DNA from: Amphiscolops sp. MND2022
Lineage: Eukaryota
Direction of reading: 5' to 3'
DNA length: 64,000 bases
Assembly (NCBI GenBank): GCA_964187785.1
Contig: OZ076421.1
Location: 52,018,001 to 52,082,000 of the forward strand
This document shows positions 50,101 to 64,000 of the stretch, one piece after another (position 1 is the first letter of the stretch; each line of letters starts with the position of its first letter). A model generated the notes under the pieces. It ran no database searches. It had not been told where the DNA came from and saw nothing but the letters and a program-made list of their open reading frames with translations. Made by a program: the position numbers and the translations under genes.

Positions 50101-53100
50101 CTTTTTTCTTTTGGACGCTCTATTATAAATATTACTATAATAGATTTTAATTATTCTCATTTTCGGATTTTTTTTCGTCTTCATCTGGACGCTCTAGTAT
50201 AAACACTACTTTGATTGTTGCCAAAAACGTTTCAATGCTCAACCCCACTCATTCTCACTATGAAAGGAAAAGACAGCTGGCAATCTTGCGAGCAGGCCAG
50301 GTTTCCTCTCTTCTTCCACGTCGCCAGAACCCTAATAAAAAGAAAAAGGCGGAAAAGAAGAAAGGGAGGAAAAGGGGTCAGTTGAAGACGCGAAAGCGCT
50401 TAAACTGACAAAGCAGGAGCAATATATCAAGGTCTTGTAAAGAAACGAAATATTCGGCCAAGAAACGAATTTTTCGATTGTTGGGTTTGGTGCGCCTCGT
50501 CGTTCGTCTTGAAAGATGCATTGGAGAGTTTAAGATCGAAATAATGAAAAAAAGTTTCTCAAAAGTCTATTCATTTTGTTGTCAAAATTGTATAATGCTC
50601 TTGGTTCCTCGACAGGGTACCGGAAAGTAGATGGTGGTAAATTTTCTCTGTATGATCTTTTGCACGGCACAAAACCGAAACAAAATTAGTCTTTAGCGTT
50701 TGCTTTTCTCTCAAACGAACAATTTTCTCAAAACTTCCTCAGGTGTTAACAGCGGTGCATGTGATCGCCAAGGAGGACTTGTGAGACTGTTCATAAGGAT
50801 GTCCATGTAGGAAACAATTGTTCTGGGATTTAATGCAAGTGCTTTACTGAACAATTTTCCAGCAGATTTTCTGGATTTCTGTGACAAAACATCTGCCCTG
50901 GAAGAGCAATTTTTGTGAAGCTTGCCTTCCGGGGTATGTTGGTGAGATGTTCTTCTTTTCTGTGGCATTCTGAGGTTTTGCAATTGCAGGCAACGAGAGG
51001 CTGTTTGTTGAAGATAAGGTTACTGGCACCAACTATCACAAGACTTGGAGTGTTCATTTTGATCTACAATACGAGGACTATCAGTTAAGGCTCCCAGTGA
51101 TATGCAGCGATCTTGCCGAGCATTGAAATTTGTACAACATAATCACTACAGCATATTCTAAACCTACAACCTTTCAAAAAAGTGAAGTACAAAAAACCTG
51201 TCATATTTATTATAATTTTTTCACAAATCTTGTTTTCGTGTTGTGGAACGTCTTCATCTTTTTTTCTTCCTCTTCCTCTGGACGCTCTACTATACATATT
51301 ACTATAATAGATATTAACTATTCTCATCTTCCGAATCTTTTCTTCTTTCTTCTTCTGGGCGTTCTATTATAAATATTGCTATAATAAATAATAAATGTTC
51401 TCATCTTCCGAATCTTCTTTCCTTCTTTTTTCTTCTGGACGCTCTATTTTAAATATTACTATAGTAAATAATAATTCTCATTTTGCGAATCTTCTCTTTT
51501 TTCTTCTTCTGGACGCTCTATTATAGATATTAGTATAATGGATATTAATTATTCTCATCTTCGGAATCTTCTTTTCTTCGTTCTTCTTCTGGGCGCTCTA
51601 TTTTAAATCTTACTATAAAAAATAATAATTCTAATCTTCCGAATTTTCTTTACTTTCTTCTCTTGGACGCTCTATTATAAATATTACTATAATAGATTTT
51701 AATTATTCTCATCTTCGGAATTTTTTTGCCTTCATCTGGACGCTCTAGTATAAACACTACTTTGATTGTTGCCAAAAACGTCTCAATGCTCAACCCCACT
51801 CATTCTCACTATGAAAGGAAAAGACAGCTGGCAATCCTGCGAGCAGGCCAGGTTTCCTCTCTTCTTCCACGTCGCCAGAACCCTAATAAAAAGAAAAAGG
51901 CGGAAAAGAAGAAGAAAGAGAGGAAAAGGGGTCAATTGAAGACGCGAAAGCGCTTAAACTGACAAAGCAGAAGCAGTATATCAAGGTCTTTTAAAGAAAC
52001 GAATTATTCGGCCAAGAAACGAATTTTTCGATTGTTGGGTTTGGTGCGCCTCGTCGTTCGTCTTGAAAGATGCCTTGGAGTTTAAGATCGAAATAATGAA
52101 AAAAAGTTTCTCTCAAAAGTCTATTCATTTTGTTGTCAGAATTGTATAATTCTCTTGGTTCCTCGACAGGGTACCGGAAAGTAGATGGTGGTAAATTTTC
52201 TCTGTATGATCTGTTGCACGGCACAAAACCGAAACAAAATTACAGTCTTTAGCGTTTGCTTTTCTCTCTAAAACGAACAATTTTCTCAAAACTTCCTCAG
52301 GTGTTAACAGCGGTGCATGTGATCGCCAAGGAGGACTTGTGAGACTGTTCATAAGGATGTCCATGTAGGAAACAATTGTTCTGGGATTCAATGCAAGTGC
52401 TTTGCTGAACAATTTTCCAGCAGACTTTTCTGGATTTCTGTGACAAAGCATCTGCCCTGGAAGAGCAATTTTTGTGAAGCTTGCCTTCCGGGGTATGTTA
52501 GTGAGATGTTCTTCTTTTCTGTGGCATTCTGAGGTTTTGCAATTGCAGGCAACGAGAGGCTGTTTGTTGAAGATGAGGTTACTGGCAGCAACTATCACAA
52601 GACTTGGAGTGTTCATTTTGATCTAGAATCCGAGGACTATCAGTTAAGGCTCCCAGTGATATGCAGCGATCATGCCGAGCATTGAAATTTGTACAACATA
52701 ATCACTACAGCCTATTCTAAACCTACAACCTTTCAAAAAAGTGAAGTACAAAAAACATGTCATATTTATTATAATCTTTTCACAAATCTTGTTTTCGTGT
52801 TGTGGAACGTCTTCTTTTTTTCTTCTTCCTTTGGAAGCTCTACTATACATATTACTATAATAAATTTTAACTATTCTCATCTTCCGAATCTTCTTTCTTC
52901 TTCTGGGCGTTCTATTATAAATATTGCTATAATAAATAATAATCGTTCTCATCTTCCGAATCTTCTTTTCTTTTTTTCTTCTGGACGCTCTATTTTAAAT
53001 ATTACTATAGTAAATAAAAATTCTCTTTTTGCGAATCTTCTCTTCTTTCTTTTTCTGGACGCTCTATTATAGATATTAGTATAATGGATATTAATTATTC

Positions 53101-56100
53101 TCAACTTCGGAATCTTCTTTTCTTCGTTCTTCTTCTGGGCGCTCTATTTTAAATATTACTATAAAAAATAATAATTCTAATCTTCCGAATCTTCTTAACT
53201 TCTTTCTTCTTTTGAACGCTCTATTATAAATATTACTATAATAGATTTTGATTATTCTCATCTTCGGAATTTTTTTTTCGTCTTCATCTGGACGCTCTAG
53301 TATAAACACTACTTTGATTGTTGCCAAAAACGTCTCAATGCTCAACCCCACTCATTCTCACTATGAAAGGAAAAGACAGCTGGCTATCCTGCAAGCAGGC
53401 CAGGTTTCCTCTCCTCTTCCACTTCGCCAGAATCCTAATAAAAAGAAAAAGGCGGAAAAGAAGAAGAAAGAGAGGAAAAGGGGTCAATTGAAGACGCGAA
53501 AGCGCTTAAACTGACAAAGCAGAAGCAGTATATCAAGGTCTTTTAAAGAAACGAATTATTCGGCCAAGAAACGAATTTTTCGATTGTTGGGTTTGGTGCG
53601 CCTCGTCGTTCGTCTTGAAAGATGCCTTGGAGTTTAAGATCGAAATAATGAAAAAAAGTTTCTCTCAAAAGTCTATTCATTTTGTTGTCAGAATTGTATA
53701 ATTCTCTTGGTTCCTCGACAGGGTACCGGAAAGTAGATGGTGGTAAATTTTCTCTGTATGATCTGTTGCACGGCACAAAACCGAAACAAAATTACAGTCT
53801 TTAGCGTTTGCTTTTCTCTCTAAAACGAACAATTTTCTCAAAACTTCCTCAGGTGTTAACAGCGGTGCATGTGATCGCCAAGGAGGACTTGTGAGACTGT
53901 TCATAAGGATGTCCATGTAGGAAACAATTGTTCTGGGATTCAATGCAAGTGCTTTGCTGAACAATTTTCCAGCAGACTTTTCTGGATTTCTGTGACAAAA
54001 CATCTGCCCTGGAAGAGCAATTTTTGTGAAGCTTGCCTTCCGGGGTATGTTAGTGAGATGTTCTTCTTTTCTGTGGCATTCTGAGGTTTTGCAATTGCAG
54101 TCAACGAGAGGCTGTTTGTTGAAGATGAGGTTACTGGCAGCAACTATCACAAGACTTGGAGTGTTCATTTTGATCTAGAATCCGAGGACTATCAGTTAAG
54201 GCTCCCAGTGATATGCAGCGATCATGCCGAGCATTGAAATTTGTACGACATAATCACTACAGCCTATTCTAAACCTACAACCTTTCAAAAAAGTGAAGTA
54301 CAAAAAACATGTCATATTTATTATAATCTTTTCACAAATCTTGTTTTCGTGTTGTGGAACGTCTTCTTTTTTTCTTCTTCTTCTTCCTTTGGAAGCTCTA
54401 CTATACATATTACTATAATAAATTTTAACTATTCTCATCTTCCGAATCTTCTTTCTTCTTCTGGGCGTTCTATTATAAATATTGCTTAAATAAATAATAA
54501 TCGTTCTCATCTTCCGAATCTTCTTTTCTTTTTTTCTTCTGGACGCTCTATTTTAAATATTACTATAGTAAATAAAAATTCTCTTTTTGCGAATCTTCTC
54601 TTCTTTCTTTTTCTGGACGCTCTATTATAGATATTAGTATAATGGATATTAATTATTCTCATCTTCGGAATCTCCTTTTCTTCGTTCTTCTTCTGGGCGC
54701 TCTATTTTAAATATTACTTTAAAAAATAATAATTCTAATCTTCCGAATCTTCTTAACTTCTTTCTTCTTTTGAACGCTCTATTATAAATATTACTATAAT
54801 AGATTTTGATTATTCTCATCTTCGGAATTTTTTTTTCGTCTTCATCTGGACGCTCTAGTATAAACACTACTTTGATTGTTGCCAAAAACGTCTCAATGCT
54901 CAATCCCACTCATTCTCACTATGAAAGGAAAAGACAGCTGGCAATCCTGCGAGCAGGCCAGGTTTCCTCTCTTCTTCCACGTCGCCAGAACCCTAATTAA
55001 AAGGAAAAGGCGGAAAAGAAGAAGAGAGGAAAAGGGGTCAGTTGAAGACGCGAAAGCGCTTAAACTGACAAAGCAGAAGCAATATATCAAGGTCTTGTAA
55101 AGAAACGAATTATTCGGCCAAGAAACGAATTTTTCGATTGTTGGGTTCGGTGCGCCTCGTCGTTCGTCTTGAAAGATGCCTTGTAGTTTAAGATCGAAAT
55201 AATGAAAAAAAGTTTCTCTCAAAAGTCTATTCATTATGTTGTCGAAATTGTATAATTCTCTTGGTTCTTCGACAGGGTACCGGAAAGTAGATGGTTGTAA
55301 ATTTTCTCTGTATGATCTATTGCACGGCACAAAACTGAAACAAATTTACAGTCTTTAGCGTTTGCTTTTCTCTCTAAAACGAACAATTTCCGCAGAACTT
55401 CTTTAATTGTTAACAGCGGTGCATGTGATCGCCAAGGGGCACTTGTGAGATTGTTCATAAGGATGTCCATGTAAAAAACAATTGTTCTGGGATTTAATGC
55501 AAGTGCTTTTCTGAACAATTTTCCAGCAGACTTCTGGATTTCTGTGACAAAATTTAGCCCCTGGAAGAGCAATTTTTGTGAAGCTTGCATTCCGGGGTAT
55601 GTTAGTGAGATGTTCTTCTTTTTGTGGCATTCTGAGGTTTTGCAATTGCAGGCAACGAGAGGCTGTTTGTTGAAGATGAGGTTACTGGCAGCAACTATCA
55701 CAAGACTTGGAGTGTTCAATTCGATCTACAATACGAGGACTATCAGTTGAGGCTCCCAATGATATGCAGCGATCATGCCGAACATTGAAATTTGTACAAC
55801 ACAATCACTACAGCACTACAGCCTATTCTTAACCTACTACCTTTCAAAAAAGTGAAGTACAAAAAACATGTCATATTTATTAAAATCTTTTCCCAAATCT
55901 TGTTTTCGTGTTGTGGAACGTCTTCATCTTTTCTTCCTCTGGACGCTCTACTATAAATATTACTATAATAGATATTTATTATTCTCATCTTCGGAATCTT
56001 CTTTTCTTCGTTCTTCTTCTGGGCGCTCTATTTTAAATATTACCATGAAAAATAATAATTCCAATCTTCCGAATCTTCTTTTCTTCTTTCTTCTTTCGAA

Positions 56101-59100
56101 CGCTCTATTATAAATATTACTATAATAGATTTTAATTTCTCATCTTCGGAATTTTTTTCGTCTTCATCTGGACGCTCTAGTATAAACACTACTTTGATTG
56201 TTGTCAAAAACGTCTCAATGCTCAACCCCACTCATTCTCACTTTGAAAGGAAAAGACAGCTGGCTATCCTGCAAGCAGGCCAGGTTTCCTCTCCTCTTCC
56301 ACTTCGCCAGAATCCTAATAAAAAGAAAAAGGCGGAAAAGAAAAAGAAAGAGAGGAAAAGGGGTCAGTTGAAGACGCGAAAGCGCTTAAACTGACAAAGC
56401 AGAAGCAATATATCAAGGTCTTGTAAAGAAACGAATTATTCGGCCAAGAAACGAATTTTTCGATTGTTGGGTTTGGTGCGCCTCGTCGTTCGTCTTGAAA
56501 GATGCCTTGTAGTTTAAGATCGAAATAATGAAAAAAAGTTTCTCTCAAAAGTCTATTCATTATGTTGTCGAAATTGTATAATTCTCTTGGTTCCTCGACA
56601 TGGTACCGGAAAGTAGATGGTTGTAAATTTTCTCTGTATGATCTATTGCACGGCACAAAACTGAAACAAAATTACAGTCTTTAGCGTTTGCTTTTCTCTC
56701 TAAAACGAACAATTTCCGCAGAACTTCTTTAATTGTTAACAGCGGTGCATGTGATCGCCAAGGGGGACTTGTGAGATTGTTCATAAGGATGTCCATGTAA
56801 AAAACAATTGTTCTGGGATTTAATGCAAGTGCTTTTCTGAACAATTTTCCAGCAGACTTCTGGATTTCTGTGACAAAATTTAGCCCCTGGAAGAGCAATT
56901 TTTGTGAAGCTTGCATTCCGGGGTATGTTAGTGAGATGTTCTTCTTTTCGTGGCATTCTGAGGTTTTGCAATTGCAGGCAACGAGAGGCTGTTTGTTGAA
57001 GATGAGGTTACTGGCAGCAACTATCACAAGACTTGGAGTGTTCATTTCGATCTACAATACGAGGACTATCAGTTGAGGCTCCCAATGATATGCAGCGATC
57101 ATGCCGAACATTGAAATTTGTACAACACAATCACTACAGCACTACAGCCTATTCTTAACCTACTACCTTTCAAAAAAGTGAAGTACAAAAAACATGTCAT
57201 ATTTATTAAAATCTTTTCCCAAATCTTGTTTTCGTGTTGTGGAACGTCTTCATCTTTTCTTCCTCTGGACGCTCTACTATAAATATTACTATAATAGATA
57301 TTTATTATTCTCATCTTCGGAATCTTCTTTTCTTCGTTCTTCTTCTGGGCGCTCTATTTTAAATATTACCATGAAAAATAATAATTCCAATCTTCCGAAT
57401 CTTCTTTTCTTCTTTCGAACGCTCTATTATAAATATTACTATAATAGATTTTAATTTCTCATCTTCGGAATTTTTTTCGTCTTCATCTGGACGCTCTAGT
57501 ATAAACACTACTTTGATTGTTGTCAAAAACGTCTCAATGCTCAACCCCACTCATTCTCACTATGAAAGGAAAAGACAGCTGGCTATCCTGCAAGCAGGCC
57601 AGGTTTCCTCTCCTCTTCCACTTCGCCAGAATCCTAATAAAAAGAAAAAGGCGGAAAAGAAGAAGAAAGAGAGGAAAAGGGGTCAGTTGAAGACGCGAAA
57701 GCGCTTAAACTGACAAAGCAGAAGCAATATATCAAGGTCTTTTGAAGAAACGAATTATTCGGCCAAGAGACGAGTTTTTCGATTGTTGGGTTTGGTGTTC
57801 CTCGTCGTTCGTCTTGAAAGACGCCTTGGAGTTTAAGATCGAAATAATGAAAAAAAGTTTCTCTCAAAAAAAAGTCTATTCATTTTGTTGTCAAAATTGT
57901 ATAATTCTCTTGGTTCCTCGACAGGGTACCGGAAAGTAGATGGTGGTAAATTTTCTCTGTATGATCTTTTGCACGGCACAAAACTGAAACAAAATTACAG
58001 TCTTTAGCGTTTGCTTTTCTCTCTAAAACGAACAATTTTCTCAAAACTTCCTCAGGTGTTAACAGCGGTGCATGTGATCGCCAAGGAGGACTTGTGAGAC
58101 TGTTCATAAGGATGTCCTTGTAGAAAACAATTGTTCTGGGATTTAATGCAAGTGCTTTACTGAACAATTTTCCAGCAGGCTTTTCTGGATTTCTGTGACA
58201 AAATTTAGCCCCTGGAAGAGCAAATTTTGTGAAGCTTGCATTCCGGGGTATATTAGTGAGATGTTCTTCTTTTTGTGGCATTCTGAGGTTTTGCAATTGC
58301 AGGCAACGAGAGGCTGTTTGCAACTATCACAAGACTTGGAGTGTTCATTTCGATCTACAATACGAGGACTATCAGTTGAGGCTCCCAATGATATGCAGCG
58401 ATCATGCCGAACATTGAAATTTGTACAACATAATCACTACAGCACTACAGCCTATTCTTAACCTACTACCTTTCAAAACAGTGAAGTACAAAAAACATGT
58501 CATATTTATTAAAATCTTTTCCCAAATCTTGTTATTGTGTTGTGGAACGTCTTCATCTTTTCTTCCTCCGGACGCTCTACTATAAATATTACTATAATAG
58601 ATATTTATTATTCTCATCTTCGGAACCTTCTTTTCTTCGTTCTTCTCCTGGGCGCTCTATTTTAAATATTACCATGAAAAATAATAATTCTAATCTTCCA
58701 AATCTTCTTTTCTTCTTTCTTCTTTCGAACGCTCTATAATAAATATTACTATAATAGATTTTAATTATTCTCATCTTCGGAATTTTTTTCGTCTTCATCT
58801 GGACGCTCTAGTATAAACACTACTTTGATTGTTGCCAAAAACGTCTCAATGCTCAACCCCACTCATTCTCACTATGAAAGGAAAAGACAGCTGGCAATCC
58901 TGCAAGCAGGCCAGGTTTCCTCTTCCACGTCGCCAGAACCCTAATAAAAAGAAAAAGGCGGAAAAGAAGAAGAGAGGAAAAGGGGTCAGTTGAAGACGCG
59001 AAAGCGCTTAAACTGACAAAGCAGAAGCAAAATATCAAGGTCTTGTAAAGAAACGAATTATTCGGCCAAGAAACGAATTTTTCGATTGTTGGGTTTGGTG

Positions 59101-62100
59101 CGCCTCGTCGTTCGTCTTGAAAGATGCCTTGTAGTTTAAGATCGAAATAATGAAAAAAGTTTCTCTCAAAAGTCTATTCATTTTGTTGTCGAAATTGTAT
59201 AATTCTCTTGGTTCCTCGACAGGGTACCGGAAAGTAGATGGTTGTAAATTTTCTCTGTATGATCTATTGCACGGCACAAAACTGAAACAAAATTACAGTC
59301 TTTAGCGTTTGCTTTTCTCTCTAAAACGAACAATTTCCGCAGAACTTCTTTAGTTGTTATCAGCGGTGCATGTGATCGCCAAGGGGGACTTGTGAGACTG
59401 TTCATAAGGATGTCCTTGTAGAAAACAATTGTTCTGGGATTTAATGCAAGTGCTTTACTGAACAATTTTCCAGCAGGCTTTTCTGGATTTCTGTGACAAA
59501 ATTTAGCCCCTGGAAGAGCAAATTTTGTGAAGCTTGCATTCCGGGGTATGTTAGTGAGATGTTCTTCTTTTTGTGGCATTCTGAGGTTTTGCAATTGCAG
59601 GCAACGAGAGGCTGTTTGTTGAAGATGAGGTTATTGGCAGCAACTATCACAAGACTTGGAGTGTTCATTTCGATCTACAATACGAGGACTATCAGTTGAG
59701 GCTCCCAATGAAATGCAGCGATCATGCCGAACATTGAAATTTGTACAACATAATCACTACAGCACTACAGCCTATTCTTAACCTACTACCTTTCAAAACA
59801 GTGAAGTACAAAAAACATGTCATATTTATTAAAATCTTTTCCCAAATCTTGTTTTCGTGTTGTGGAACGTCTTCATCTTTTCTTCCTCCGGACGCTCTAC
59901 TATAAATATTACTATAATAGATATTTATTATTCTCATCTTCGGAATCTTCTTTTCTTCGTTCTTCTCCTGGGCGCTCTATTTTAAATATTACCATGAAAA
60001 ATAATAATTCTAATCTTCCAAATCTTCTTTTCTTCTTTCGAACGCTCTATTATAAATATTACTATAATAGATTTTAATTATTCTCATCTTCGGAATTTTT
60101 TTCGTCTTCATCTGGACGCTCTAGTATAAACACTACTTTGATTGTTGCCAAAAACGTCTCAATGCTCAACCCCACTCATTCTCACTATGAAAGGAAAAGA
60201 CAGCTGGCAATCCTGCAAGCAGGCCAGGTTTCCTCTTCCACGTCGCCAGAACCCTAATAAAAAGAAAAAGGCGGAAAAGAAGAAGAGAGGAAAAGGGGTC
60301 AGTTGAAGACGCGAAAGCGCTTAAACTGACAAAGCAGAAGCAATATATCAAGGTCTTGTAAAGAAACGAATTATTCGGCCAAGAAACGAATTTTTCGATT
60401 GTTGGGTTTGGTGCGCCTCGTCGTTCGTCTTGAAAGATGCCTTGTAGTTTAAGATCGAAATAATGAAAAAAGTTTCTCTCAAAAGTCTATTCATTTTGTT
60501 GTCGAAATTGTATAATTCTCTTGGTTCCTCGACAGGGTACCGGAAAGTAGATGGTTGTAAATTTTCTCTGTATGATCTATTGCACGGCACAAAACTGAAA
60601 CAAAATTACAGTCTTTAGCGTTTGCTTTTCTCTCTAAAACGAACAATTTCCGCAGAACTTCTTTAATTGTTATCAGCGGTGCATGTGATCGCCAAGGGGG
60701 ACTTGTGAGATTGTTCATAAGGATGTCCATGTAAAAAACAATTGTTCTCTGGGATTTAATGCAAGTGCTTTTCTGAACAATTTTCCAGCAGACTTCTGGA
60801 TTTCTGTGACAAAATTTAGCCCCTGGAAGAGCAATTTTTGTGAAGCTTGCATTCCGGGGTATGTTAGTGAGATGTTCTTCTTTTTGTGGCATTCTGAGGT
60901 TTTGCAATTGCAGGCAACGAGAGGCTGTTTGTTGAAGATGAGGTTACTGGCAGCAACTATCACAAGACTTGGAGTGTTCATTTCGATCTACAATACGAGG
61001 ACTATCAGTTGAGGCTCCCAATGATATGCAGCGATCATGCCGAACATTGAAATTTGTACAACACAATCACTACAGCACTACAGCCTATTCTTAACCTACT
61101 ACCTTTCAAAAAAGTGAAGTACAAAAAACATGTCATATTTATTAAAATCTTTTCCCAAATCTTGTTTTCGTGTTGTGGAACGTCTTCATCTTTTCTTCCT
61201 CTGGACGCTCTACTATAAATATTACTATAATAGATATTTATTATTCTCATCTTCGGAATCTTCTTTTCTTCGTTCTTCTTCTGGGCGCTCTATTTTAAAT
61301 ATTACCATGAAAAATAATAATTCCAATCTTCCGAATCTTCTTTTCTTCTTTCTTCTTTCGAACGCTCTATTATAAATATTACTATAATAGATTTTAATTT
61401 CTCATCTTCGGAATTTTTTTCGTCTTCATCTGGACGCTCTAGTATAAACACTACTTTGATTGTTGTCAAAAACGTCTCAATGCTCAACCCCACTCATTCT
61501 CACTATGAAAGGAAAAGACAGCTGGCTATCCTGCAAGCAGGCCAGGTTTCCTCTCCTCTTCCACTTCGCCAGAATCCTAATAAAAAGAAAAAGGCGGAAA
61601 AGAAGAAGAAAGAGAGGAAAAGGGGTCAGTTGAAGAGGCGAAAGCGCTTAAACTGACAAAGCAGAAGCAATATATCAAGGTCTTTTGAAGAAACGAATTA
61701 TTCGGCCAAGAGACGAATTTTTCGATTGTTGGGTTTGGTGTTCCTCGTCGTTCGTCTTGAAAGACGCCTTGGAGTTTAAGATCGAAATAATGAAAAAAAG
61801 TTTCTCTCAAAAAAAGTCTATTCATTTTGTTGTCAAAATTGTATAATTCTCTTGGTTCCTCGACAGGGTACCGGAAAGTAGATGGTGGTAAATTTTCTCT
61901 GTATGATCTTTTGCACGGCACAAAACTGAAACAAAATTACAGTCTTTAGCGTTTGCTTTTCTCTCTAAAACGAACAATTTTCTCAAAACTTCCTCAGGTG
62001 TTAACAGCGGTGCATGTGATCGCCAAGGAGGACTTGTGAGACTGTTCATAAGGATGTCCATGTAGAAAACAATTGTTCTGGGATTTATTGCAAGTGCTTT

Positions 62101-64000
62101 ACTGAACAATTTTCCAGCAGACTTTTCTGGATTTCTGTGACAAAATTTAGCCCCTGGAAGAGCAAATTTTGTGAAGCTTGCATTCCGGGGTATGTTAGTG
62201 AGATGTTCTTCTTTTTGTGGCATTCTGAGGTTTTGCAATTGCAGGCAACGAGAGGCTGTTTGTTGAAGATGAGGTTATTGGCAGCAACTATCACAAGACT
62301 TGGAGTGTTCATTTCGATCTACAATACGAGGACTATCAGTTGAGGCTCCCAATGATATGCAGCGATCATGCCGAACATTGAAATTTGTACAACATAATCA
62401 CTACAGCACTACAGCCTATTCTTAACCTACTACCTTTCAAAACAGTGAAGTACAAAAAACATGTCATATTTATTAAAATCTTTTCCCAAATCTTGTTTTC
62501 GTGTTGTGGAATGTCTTCATCTTTTCTTCCTCCGGACGCTCTACTATAAATATTACTATAATAGATATTTATTATTCTCATCTTCGGAATCTTCTTTTCT
62601 TCGTTCTTCTCCTGGGCGCTCTATTTTAAATATTACCATGAAAAAAAATAATTCTAATCTTCCAAATCTTCTTTTCTTCTTTCGAACGCTCTATTATAAA
62701 TATTACTATAATATATTTTAATTATTCTCATCTTCGGAATTTTTTCGTCTTCATCTGGACGCTCTAGTATAAACACTACTTTGATTGTTGCCAAAAACGT
62801 CTCAATGCTCAACCCCACTCATTCTCACTATGAAAGGAAAAGACAGCTGGCAATCCTGCAAGCAGGCCAGGTTTCCTCTTCCACGTCGCCAGAACCCTAA
62901 TAAAAAGAAAAAGGCGGAAAAGAAGAAGAAAGAGAGGAAAAGGGGTCAGTTGAAGACGCGAAAGCGCTTAAACTGACAAAGCAGAAGCAATATATCAAGG
63001 TCTTTTGAAGAAACGAATTATTCGGCCAAGAGACGAATTTTTCGATTGTTGGGTTTGGTGTTCCTCGTCGTTCGTCTTGAAAGACGCCTTGGAGTTTAAG
63101 ATCGAAATAATGAAAAAAAAAGTTTCTCTCAAAAGTCTATTCATTTTGTTGTCAAAACTGTATAATTCTCTTGGTTCCTCGACAGGGTATCGGAAAGTAG
63201 ATGGTTGTAAATTTTCTCTGTATGATCTATTGCACGGCACAAAACTGAAACAAAATTACAGTCTTTAGCGTTTGCTTTTCTCTCTAAAACGAACAATTTT
63301 CTCACAACTTCTTTAATTGTTAACAGCGGTGCATGTGATTGCCAAGGGGGACTTGTGAGATTGTTCATAAGGATGTCCATGTAGAAAACAATTGTTCTAG
63401 GATTTAATGCAAGTGCTTTTCCGAACAATTTTCCAGCAGACTTCTGGATTTCTGTGACAAAATTTAGCCCCTGGAATAGCAATTTTTGTGAAGCTTGCAT
63501 TCCGGGGTATGTTAGTGAGATGTTCTTCTTTTTGTGGCATTCTGAGGTTTTGCAATTGCAGGCAACGAGAGGCTGTTTGTTGAAGATGAGGTTACTGGCA
63601 GCAGCTATCACAAGACTTGGAGTGTTCATTTTGATCTACAATACGAGGACTATCAGTTAAGGCTCCCAATGATATGCAGCGATCATGCCGAACATTGAAA
63701 TTTGTACAACATAATCATTACAGCCTATTCTAAACCTACAACCTTTCAAAAAAGTGACGTACAAAAAACATGTCATATTTATTAAAATCTTTTCCCAAAT
63801 CTTGTTTTCGTGTTGTGGAACGTCTTCATCTTTTTTTCTTCTTCTTCCTCTGGACGCTCTACTATACATTTTACTATAATAAATTTTAACTATTCTCATC
63901 TTCCGAATCTTCTTTCTTCTGGGCGTTCTATTATAAATATTGCTATAATAAATAAAAATTGTTCTCATCTTCCGAATCTTCTTTTCTTTTTTTCTTCTGG
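47140..64000 (-). repeat. Satellite array of SGNH pseudogene + upstream region: 12 gene copies, periods about 1.55 kb then about 1.32 kb; runs off the window
   Basis: SGNH starts at 47943, about 49508, 51057, 52616, 54168, 55719, 57045, about 58348, 59668, 60981, 62312 and 63629. Internal subrepeats are about 77 bp (CTGGACGCTCTA...). Confidence 0.95.

Noticed and set aside
47140-64000. Dozens of 60-160 aa ORFs in the satellite (e.g. the 163-aa MNTPSL... ORF) as functional genes
   Set aside because: They are frameshifted pieces or antisense frames of one pseudogene. The C-terminal third of the 163-aa ORF is out of frame and lacks DxxH.

Overview
AT-rich, repeat-saturated eukaryotic (invertebrate-type) DNA with no intact host gene. 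From about 8.9 kb to the end, and also at 1-1.9 kb, nearly everything is same-strand (minus) copies of one family of large Helitron/Helentron-like rolling-circle elements. The most complete copy (about 10.9-25.9 kb, about 12.7 kb without a nested LINE) carries three intronless genes in the order: divergent SGNH hydrolase; about 330-aa putative OB-fold/Zn-ribbon (RPA70-like) protein; about 2350-aa transposase (Cys-rich N-terminus, HUH/Y2 Rep, PIF1 helicase, C-terminal GIY-YIG nuclease). The transposase frame is broken only by five frameshifts. Each gene type is followed by its own structurally conserved hairpin. Deleted and chimeric derivatives repeat across the window. From about 47 kb the SGNH gene plus its upstream region has expanded into a 1.55/1.32-kb satellite (12 gene copies). 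Other content: a 5'-truncated RTE-type LINE with a 10-bp TSD, a Polinton/adintovirus virion-gene fragment (protease, penton, pVI-like), a DINE-1/HINE-like insertion, a tRNA-like SINE head, a 294-bp palindrome, a canonical GDSL pseudogene, an OTU protease remnant and a tyrosine-kinase exon. All protein assignments are by eye from motifs; no database search was run.
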